64,000 nt of DNA, from contig JBPYEI010000042.1 in assembly GCA_051985455.1 (NCBI GenBank), positions 12,088 to 76,087 of the forward strand, in the 5' to 3' direction. Shown here one piece after another: positions 57,344 to 64,000 of the stretch. The notes under the pieces were generated by a model that was not told the DNA's origin, ran no database searches, and saw nothing but the letters and a program-made list of their open reading frames with translations. The position numbers and the translations under genes were made by a program. Source of the stretch: Acidimicrobiales bacterium. GTDB taxonomy: Bacteria; Actinomycetota; Acidimicrobiia; Acidimicrobiales; AC-9. Position 1 is the stretch's first letter. Every line of letters starts with the position of its first letter.

Positions 57344-57374
57344 GGTCTACCCGAGGAACCTGACGATTTCATGA
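57344..57374 (-). promoter_or_regulatory. Direct-repeat operator upstream of the response regulator (autoregulation candidate)
   Basis: TCATG-N5-GTCAGG-N9-TAGACC. Confidence 0.6.
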
Positions 57375-57438
57375 CGACTGTCGTGGCCGCGTGACGACGG
57401 CCCTCACGTGGACCCGGGTCTCCGCGGTGAAAGGTCCC

Positions 57439-58308
57439 TTACGTGCCACTCCGATGAAGGAGATGCTGGAGCGGCCCTTCGTGGGGCGCGTCGGTGACGC
57501 CGGCAGCCTTGCGGATGAACTGCGCCACCTTGCGCGGCTGGGCGATGAAGGCCGCGTGCGGGCCGTTGATGGTTTCCGTCGTCGCCTTCATCCTGTCGGC
57601 CATGAACCTCTCGGCCTCTGGAGAGATCCCATTGTCCTGCTCAGAAATGAGGTACCACGACGGAATCGTCTTCCAGCCGGCAGCACTTGCTGGTTCTTGC
57701 AGGGCGGCACCTGCCACGGGGCGCTGGGTGACAGCCATCACCTCGGCCACGTCCGTTGGCGCGTCTGCGCAGAACGTCTCCTGAAACTTGTCTCGCTGGA
57801 TGTACAGCTCCGGCCCTCCTGCGGCACCTGGCGCGTCATAATCCGTCAGATAGGACGTCGTGACCACCAGCGGTGGCGGAAACGGTTGCTGCACGCCGGC
57901 AACGCTCTCGCCCACGTCCAGACCAATGGCAGCGAGGAAGACCAGTGCGCTCACGTTGGTCAGCTCAGCCGCAGCCTGCCCCATGGGCGCGCCGCCATAG
58001 GAATGGCCGACCAGGACCACCGGTCCGTCGATGCCCTTGACCCGAGCGGCTATCGATTCTGCATCCGACGAGAGTCCTCGGAGCGGCACCGGGACCGCCA
58101 CGACTGTATGGCCGTCCCTCGTCAGCTCTCGGATCACGCCACCGAAGTACGATGCATCGGCAAATGCGCCGTGTACTAGCACAATTGTAGTTCCCTGCGG
58201 GCTGCCTCCCGTTGCGGCGGGCCCGCCTCCCATTCCCATGCGCGGCTCTGACACGACTACTCCTTCCAGGTACGTAGGCGTTTGTCGCCAGGCATTTTCG
58301 CCTTGCAT
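57439..58308 (-). CDS. Alpha/beta hydrolase
   Basis: VLVHGAFAD, GHSYGG, EQDNGISP and GPHAAF; true start probably near 58239-58260. Confidence 0.9.
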   Translation of the reverse strand: MQGENAWRQTPTYLEGVVVSEPRMGMGGGPAATGGSPQGTTIVLVHGAFADASYFGGVIRELTRDGHTVVAVPVPLRGLSSDAESIAARVKGIDGPVVLVGHSYGGAPMGQAAAELTNVSALVFLAAIGLDVGESVAGVQQPFPPPLVVTTSYLTDYDAPGAAGGPELYIQRDKFQETFCADAPTDVAEVMAVTQRPVAGAALQEPASAAGWKTIPSWYLISEQDNGISPEAERFMADRMKATTETINGPHAAFIAQPRKVAQFIRKAAGVTDAPHEGPLQHLLHRSGT

Positions 58309-58380
58309 CTCACGCTGCTACTCGTATCTTGGGACCGCACGAGACGATCCTGCGGTGAAGATAAGGATTTGGCTGACCAC

Positions 58381-58402
58381 GGTCTATTGGACCATGGTGT
58401 CG
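58381..58402. promoter_or_regulatory. Shared motif copy 1 (GGTCTATTGGACCATGGTGTCG)
   Basis: Near-identical to 62380-62402. Confidence 0.5.
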
Positions 58403-58420
58403 GTTGGACGCCGGGTGCGG

Positions 58421-59089
58421 CTACGTCCGTCGACCGGGCAGGTCGAGCGCGGCAGCAACTCTCACCAGCTCGGCGAGGGAGTCGACCCGCATCTTGCGCA
58501 TGACCTGTCCTCGGTGCGCCTTCACCGTGATCTCGCTGATACCGAGCTCGGCGGCGATCTGCTTGTTCAACAGCCCGGAAACAACCAATGCCATGGTCTC
58601 CCGCTCGCGCCGCGTGAGTGACCCGTAGCGCTCTCTGAGCTCACGAAATCGAGCCTCGTGAGCAAGCGCGGCACGGCTGCGCTCCAGGGCCTGTCTGATG
58701 GCATTCAGCAGGACGTCCTCGCCGAACGGCTTGGTCACGAACTCGACCGCCCCTGCCTTCATCGCCTCCACCGTGGTCGGCACGTCGCCGTAACCCGTGA
58801 TGAAGATGATCGGCACATCTGCACGATTGATGATGCGTTTCTGGAGTTCGAGGCCGTTCAGGCTGGGCAACTTCACGTCGAGAACCAGACAACTCGGACC
58901 GTCGACGGGCGAACCTTCCAGGAACTCCTCCGCCGAGGCGAACGTCTCGGGCTGCCACCCGGCGGAGAGAACGAGCAACTCGAGCGATTCCCGCACTGAC
59001 ACATCGTCGTCGACGACGAACACGACGGGGGTCCCGCCCGACGCCACTGGCGCCGTTGGCGTGCTGCGGGCCTGACCGCTTGAGCTCAT
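58421..59089 (-). CDS. FixJ/NodW-type response regulator
   Basis: VVDDD, VLDVKLP, FITGYGD, AMKAGA and TVKAHRGQVMRKM. Confidence 0.95.
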   Translation of the reverse strand: MSSSGQARSTPTAPVASGGTPVVFVVDDDVSVRESLELLVLSAGWQPETFASAEEFLEGSPVDGPSCLVLDVKLPSLNGLELQKRIINRADVPIIFITGYGDVPTTVEAMKAGAVEFVTKPFGEDVLLNAIRQALERSRAALAHEARFRELRERYGSLTRRERETMALVVSGLLNKQIAAELGISEITVKAHRGQVMRKMRVDSLAELVRVAAALDLPGRRT

Positions 59090-59511
59090 CTCGCCGTCAC
59101 CGGCCCGCTCCTCCACCTGTCCAGCGCGTCCCTCACCGCATCCAGGAGCGCCGCCTCGGTGAACGGTTTGGCAAGGCACCCGACGGCGCCGCGCGCCAGC
59201 ACTCCCGGAACCACGGTGTTCTCCCCGTGACCGGTGATGAACACGATCGGAATCGTCTGCCGGCGCTGTGTCAGCTCCGCTTCGAGGTCGGGGCCCGACA
59301 TCCCCGGCATCACGATGTCCAGGAGCAGGCAGCTCGTCTGGCTGAGGACGTCCGATGCAAGGAAGGCCTCCGCGGATGAAAACGCCTCGGAGGCGAAACC
59401 CAGCTGCCGTAGCAGGTCTGGAAGCGACTCGCGCACGGACTCGTCGTCGTCGACGACGGATATCAGTGGAGGTTTGCCTGTCACCGGTGCCTCATCGCGG
59501 TGACCTGTCAA
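59086..59511 (-). CDS. Single-domain response regulator receiver
   Basis: VVDDD, LLDIVMPGMSG, FITGH and LAKPF; start may be 59484. Confidence 0.92.
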   Translation of the reverse strand: MTGHRDEAPVTGKPPLISVVDDDESVRESLPDLLRQLGFASEAFSSAEAFLASDVLSQTSCLLLDIVMPGMSGPDLEAELTQRRQTIPIVFITGHGENTVVPGVLARGAVGCLAKPFTEAALLDAVRDALDRWRSGPVTAR

Positions 59512-61489
59512 CAGCGCTCAGGGAGCCGCTCGGAATGGAAAAGGAGAACGTCGCACCCGGACCGTCGTTCGGCTCCCCCCAGAGACGACCCTGATGTCCC
59601 TCGATGATGGAGCGGCTGACCGACAGACCGATTCCCATGCCGTCACTCTTCGTCGTGTAGAAGGCCTCCACCAGTTTGTCGAGCGTCTCCGGATCGACAC
59701 CCACGCCGGCATCCCGCACGCTCACCCGCACACGATCGCCCTCGTGCCGTTCGGTCTTGATCAGCAACTGCCGCCGGCGATCGTGCACGTCAGCCATGGC
59801 GTCCGAGGCGTTGCGGACCAGGTTCAGGATGACCTGTTGGAGCTGGATCCGGTCACCAGTGATGGTCGGGAGATCCTCGGCGAGCTCGAGCTGAGCAGCG
59901 ACCCGGTTTCTCTGCAGATCGCTCAGCGTCAACGCCAGGACCTGGCGCGTGACCTCGTTGAGATCGAGGAGCTCGAACGTGTACTCCTGCCTGCTGAACA
60001 GCCCACGCAGCCGGGTGATCACGTCGGAGCCTCGGATGCCATCGCGAATGGTGCGTCTCGCAGTCTCCCGGGCGCCGTCGAGGTTCGGAGGATCGGCGTC
60101 CAGCATCCGAAGACACGTACCGGCGTTGGTGATGATGCCCGAGAGCGGCTGGTTGACCTCGTGTGCGATCGACGCGGTAAGCACTCCGAGGCTCGTCACC
60201 CTCGCGACGTTGGCAAGCTCCGATCTCGCCTTGGCGAGAGCTTGTTCCGACACCAGGCGCGCCGTGACGTCCTGAACCGCGGCGATGTACTCGACTCGAC
60301 CACCCTGGTCGCGGGTCGCGTGGGCGACTGCGTGCAGATGCTTGATCGAACCGTCCGGCATCAGCAGGCGATACTGCCATTCGAGATCATCGGTGCCGTC
60401 TCGTCCACGTTCGACGATCTCGTCCACCGAGGTCAGGTCTTCCGGATGGACGCGACTGCGCACCAAATCGACTGTCACGGGCAGGCCGATCTCGAGCTCG
60501 TAGATGCGATAGAGCTGCTCGGACCAAGTGATCTCGTCCGTCGCCGCCTTCCAGGAGAAGCTGCCGGTAGAGCTGAGCCGCTGTCCCTCTGCGAGAAACG
60601 CCTCGCTGCGCCGCAGCTCCTCCTCGGAGCGCAGATCCTTGGCCGCTTCCGCTTGTTTGCGCGCCGTGATGTCCTGGAACCTGACCAGAGCCCTGCGCTC
60701 GGAATGGCCGGGGAACGACAGGGGACGGGAGTCGACGACGAGCGTCCGCTCGCCTGCGGCGGTGACGACATGATCCACTTCGACCGGCTGGAAGCCATGA
60801 CCGCCCGCAAGCACGTCCCTGAGCTTCTCCACGCTGAGTCCGGCTACGGCTGCCTCTAGCTGCGTCTGCACCGGCGCGGAGTTAAATACGCCATTCCCGA
60901 GCTCGTAAAGCGAAGTTGGTTCCCTCTCGTCGGGCGAGACCCCGAACATCGTGTAGAACGAGCGGTTGCCGGACTGGACCCGCTGGTCGGCTCCCAGCAC
61001 GGCGAGAGGATCGGCGACCGTGTTGAGGATCGCCCTGGTGCATTCGCGCTCGTAGACGACCTGGTCGATGGCCCCGCGGAAGGCAGTCACGTTCGTGAAC
61101 GTCAACACGGCGCCGGCGATCGGCTCACCCTCTGTTGCGTAGGGGGCGATCCGAACGACGAACCATGCGTCCTCGACGCGAAGGTCGATCCGCGACTCGG
61201 CTCTGGCGGTGATGACCTCGGTGCAGTGCTCCTCCAGGCGAGGCAACGTGGCGAGGACCGAGATATCGTGCGGCGCTCGCCCGATATCTGTCAGCGAGAG
61301 GCCCAGGGCATCCGCCGCCGCCTGGTTGAAGGTGGCCAGCTTCAGATCGCGCTGCAGGACGACGATCGGAACTTCGATGCTGTCGAGGATGCTGATCAGC
61401 CCGGTGGCAGCCCCATTTGCGGCCACGTCGCCGCCGCTGTCTTGCAGTGCAGCCCGGCCGGCCCTGAAGGTGGCCGGTTGCTCGGTCAT
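59492..61489 (-). CDS. Cytoplasmic multi-PAS histidine kinase (NodV/FixL-like)
   Basis: Three PAS-like regions, SIAHEVNQPL, QLQQVILNLVRNA and FYTTKSDGMGIGLS; no TM. Confidence 0.93.
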   Translation of the reverse strand: MTEQPATFRAGRAALQDSGGDVAANGAATGLISILDSIEVPIVVLQRDLKLATFNQAAADALGLSLTDIGRAPHDISVLATLPRLEEHCTEVITARAESRIDLRVEDAWFVVRIAPYATEGEPIAGAVLTFTNVTAFRGAIDQVVYERECTRAILNTVADPLAVLGADQRVQSGNRSFYTMFGVSPDEREPTSLYELGNGVFNSAPVQTQLEAAVAGLSVEKLRDVLAGGHGFQPVEVDHVVTAAGERTLVVDSRPLSFPGHSERRALVRFQDITARKQAEAAKDLRSEEELRRSEAFLAEGQRLSSTGSFSWKAATDEITWSEQLYRIYELEIGLPVTVDLVRSRVHPEDLTSVDEIVERGRDGTDDLEWQYRLLMPDGSIKHLHAVAHATRDQGGRVEYIAAVQDVTARLVSEQALAKARSELANVARVTSLGVLTASIAHEVNQPLSGIITNAGTCLRMLDADPPNLDGARETARRTIRDGIRGSDVITRLRGLFSRQEYTFELLDLNEVTRQVLALTLSDLQRNRVAAQLELAEDLPTITGDRIQLQQVILNLVRNASDAMADVHDRRRQLLIKTERHEGDRVRVSVRDAGVGVDPETLDKLVEAFYTTKSDGMGIGLSVSRSIIEGHQGRLWGEPNDGPGATFSFSIPSGSLSAVDRSPR

Positions 61490-62325
61490 TACGAGACGCC
61501 TGAACCGGCGTACAGCTCGCCACTCCGCTGTAGGACGGAATCGGCAACGGTCGGACGAACCTGACGCAGTGCCAGGAGCAGCGCCTCTGCTCGCGGCATG
61601 TCGAACGCTTGTCGGTACTCGGAGAGCAGCCGACCCTCGAGCATTTGGGCCTCTTCCGGGCCGACCGCCTCTCGGAGGGCGTGGGCGACGGCGCGTCCAA
61701 GGCGGGCATAGTCCTCCACCGGGATGAGGTGAGAGTGAGTCGTCCCAAGTCGGGGCACCATGCGCGCATGAATGTCGCTGTTGAAGTTGTCCATCAAGAA
61801 CGCGCACATGGTCGCTACGCCATGTCTCTTGCCGACGTACTGATCGTAGAGTTCTTCGAGTTTCATGCTGGCGGCGACATTCCCGCGCTCCCACAGGATA
61901 TTGACCATCTCGCCCCACAAACGCACTCTCGGGTACCGCCCCCCGGCGCGTGCCCTTGCAACAGCGTCCTCGGCCATTCCGAGGAAGGTCGGTGGGTCGG
62001 GCATCCCGTCGCGGATGAATCGGGACAGCCACTCCTCGGCGTCGACGACCATCATCTGTCCGCGTTGGCGCGCTGCCTCCACGTCCACGCCCTTGGCCTC
62101 GAAGCGTGGGCGCCACGCGTTCCAATGGGTGACGGTCGAAGCCAGGATGAAACTCTCTCCGTTCGCCAGGGCAGCGACACCGAACCGGCACACGGCACGG
62201 CCGAGAAAATCCTGATCCTGGTACAGCTGCACGATGTGATCCGGTGCGGTGGCGTCCGCCAAGACGCGATCCCAGGGCCGCGCCTCCTCCGCCCGTCCAC
62301 GTTGGGGCTCGTGCTCGCCATGCAT
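61489..62325 (-). CDS. MEDS (DcmR-like sensory) domain protein
   Basis: DHIVQLYQD, RLWGEMVNILW, LEELYD and MCAF; GGAGG RBS. Confidence 0.85.
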   Translation of the reverse strand: MHGEHEPQRGRAEEARPWDRVLADATAPDHIVQLYQDQDFLGRAVCRFGVAALANGESFILASTVTHWNAWRPRFEAKGVDVEAARQRGQMMVVDAEEWLSRFIRDGMPDPPTFLGMAEDAVARARAGGRYPRVRLWGEMVNILWERGNVAASMKLEELYDQYVGKRHGVATMCAFLMDNFNSDIHARMVPRLGTTHSHLIPVEDYARLGRAVAHALREAVGPEEAQMLEGRLLSEYRQAFDMPRAEALLLALRQVRPTVADSVLQRSGELYAGSGVS

Positions 62326-62379
62326 CGCATTTACCTCCGGCGAGGGCGCTGTGGCGAGACTACGCCGCCCCAGGCCGAG

Positions 62380-62402
62380 GGTCTATAGGGACTTTGGTGT
62401 CG
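62380..62402. promoter_or_regulatory. Shared motif copy 2 (GGTCTATAGGGACTTTGGTGTCG)
   Basis: Near-identical to 58381-58402; upstream of the MEDS operon. Confidence 0.5.
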
Positions 62403-62425
62403 CTGGCTGAGGGCGAACGGCCGGC

Positions 62426-63433
62426 TCAGAGGCCGTATCCCGGGTCGCTCGGCCAATTGGGCTGGAAGAGGTGCCACTCCTCCGGTGCCAGGCGGATCAG
62501 CTCCTCCAGCTCCCCCGCCATGGTCTGCGTGATGCGGGCGACGTCGTCGCCGACCTCGCCTCGCCGTTCGATCGGGAGCGGGGGACGGACCACGACGCGG
62601 TGGTGGCTGCCGGTCGTCGAGATGACGGCTGCAGGCAGCAACGCTGCCCCCGTGCGCAGGGCGAGCGTGGCGGGCCCGGGCGGCAGTGTCGTCTTCTCGC
62701 CGAAGAACGCCACCTCCACGCCTTTGCCCACCAGGTCGCGGTCGCTCAGCAGGGCGACGACGCCGCCGTCACGCAGGGTACGGAGGATGGTCGGGCCGGC
62801 ACGCCGCCCGAGGGGCACCACGGTCATGCCTGCCGCCTGACGCAGCTCGACGAACCAGTCGAACAGCTCGGGAGGCTCCAGGGGCTCGACCACGACCGTG
62901 AGCGGGTAGCCCACCGAAGACAGCCAGGCGCCGCCCAGGTCCCAGCTGCCGAGGTGGGGCACGGCCAGGATGACCCCGTGCCCTCGGGCGGCGCCCGCCT
63001 CCAGGTGCTCGAAGCCGCGGCGCTCGACCAAGCGGGACAGATCTCCGGCGGAGAACCCGGCCAGGCGGAACGAGTCGGCCCAGTACTGGGCGTACGACCT
63101 GAACGCACGGGCGACGGCTCGATCCAGCTCCCGGCCTTCCAGACCGCCGCCCATGACCCGCCGAAGGTGGCGCCGCACCATCGCCCGTCGCCCCGGCATG
63201 GCGGCCGAGAAGAGGGCACCGGAGAACCCGACCAGCGGCGGGATCGCCCAGTCGGGCGACCCCCGGCCTATCGCGGCGGCGGCCCGGTACCCGGCGAAGA
63301 TCGCTCGGGCACGCTGGTCGGCCGCGAGGGCCCTGACGGTCAGGGACCGCTGATGACGCGTCGCCTGCTCCGGCGAGCCTGGCCTGCCCGCGTCGCCCGG
63401 CTGGCCAGCACCCGTTGCCGGCGATCCCGCCAC
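62426..63433 (-). CDS. patA: Phosphatidylinositol mannoside acyltransferase (PatA-like)
   Basis: SYAQYW, PHLGSWD, LLSDRDL, FFGE, GPATLA and PEEWHLFQPNW; start uncertain. Confidence 0.88.
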   Translation of the reverse strand: MAGSPATGAGQPGDAGRPGSPEQATRHQRSLTVRALAADQRARAIFAGYRAAAAIGRGSPDWAIPPLVGFSGALFSAAMPGRRAMVRRHLRRVMGGGLEGRELDRAVARAFRSYAQYWADSFRLAGFSAGDLSRLVERRGFEHLEAGAARGHGVILAVPHLGSWDLGGAWLSSVGYPLTVVVEPLEPPELFDWFVELRQAAGMTVVPLGRRAGPTILRTLRDGGVVALLSDRDLVGKGVEVAFFGEKTTLPPGPATLALRTGAALLPAAVISTTGSHHRVVVRPPLPIERRGEVGDDVARITQTMAGELEELIRLAPEEWHLFQPNWPSDPGYGL

Positions 63434-64000
63434 CGGCCGCCAGGTGCCCGGCGCTCGGGGCCGGAACGCAGCACGGCGGTCTCACGCCACTGTCGCCAGC
63501 GCGACTCCACTCGCCCGGTCCGCCAGCGCGGTGCGACCTCGCGCTCGCGGGGCGCGGGGCTCGCCTGGCGCCACACCATGACGAAGCGTTGGACCGCCGT
63601 CGCCAGCGTGAGGACGAGCATGGCCCACAGCACCGGAACCAGAAGCGAGCTGAACACCAACCCGATCCCGAGCAGGACGATGCGCTCGGCCCGCTCCATG
63701 ATCCCGCCCTTGGCGTTGAAGCCCAGCGACTCGGCCTTGGCCCGCTCGTAGGAGACGAGGAAGGCAGCGCCGAGCACGGCAAAGGGGAGGACCGCCGCCT
63801 TGCCCCCGTGGGCGGAGGCCAGGTACCAGGCCACGCCGCCGAGGAGGAGCGTGTCCGTGACGCGGTCCGCCACCGAGTCGAAGAACGCACCCCGGGGCGC
63901 AGCCGTGCCCGATGCCTTGGCGACGGGCCCGTCCAGCAGGTCCGGCAGACCGGTGGCGACGAGCAGGATCACGCCGATCCACAGGTGGCCGCTCCCGATG
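63340..64000 (-). CDS. pgsA: CDP-alcohol phosphatidyltransferase (PI/PIP synthase), 5' end outside the window
   Basis: DLLDGPVAK..GAFFDSVADRVTD, SYERAKAE and GIMERAER. Confidence 0.9.
   Translation of the reverse strand, partial: IGSGHLWIGVILLVATGLPDLLDGPVAKASGTAAPRGAFFDSVADRVTDTLLLGGVAWYLASAHGGKAAVLPFAVLGAAFLVSYERAKAESLGFNAKGGIMERAERIVLLGIGLVFSSLLVPVLWAMLVLTLATAVQRFVMVWRQASPAPREREVAPRWRTGRVESRWRQWRETAVLRSGPERRAPGGRWRDRRQRVLASRATRAGQARRSRRRVISGP

Overview
High-GC actinobacterial DNA. Gene content and order suggest Acidimicrobiia (inference). The backbone is housekeeping: a cell-envelope glycolipid cluster, a polyphosphate cluster (ppk1, CYTH-CHAD, NUDIX), two SEDS/RodA genes, ruvX-mltG-aroE, a long minus-strand run (pdxST-yebC-ruvCAB-queA-tgt-yajC-secDF-rel-hisS-aspS) and the PIM genes pgsA-patA-pimA. 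Two accessory stretches interrupt it: about 18.4-24.9 kb, and about 42.9-62.4 kb, which splits patA from pimA. The best candidate for an undescribed system is at 50.4-57.4 kb. It is a self-contained redox module: ferredoxin, stand-alone NuoF-like flavoprotein, ferric-reductase-like membrane protein, signal-less ApbE, a small membrane protein ending in a VSGST flavinylation-like motif, a second His-rich membrane protein and an OmpR-type two-component system. All three of its promoter regions share a TCATR-N5-GTMAGG-N9-TA box. Other observations are an excisionase-HTH/deacetylase fusion, a pseudo-receiver LuxR/IrrE-like/ANTAR cluster, a MEDS-PAS-FixJ module with a shared operator, PHO-box-like repeats before a PhoU gene, an M23 peptidase with non-canonical metal ligands, and an alaS gene apparently missing from its usual site. 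No rRNA, tRNA, CRISPR array, integrase or transposase was recognised. All calls come from motif recognition by eye; no searches were run.
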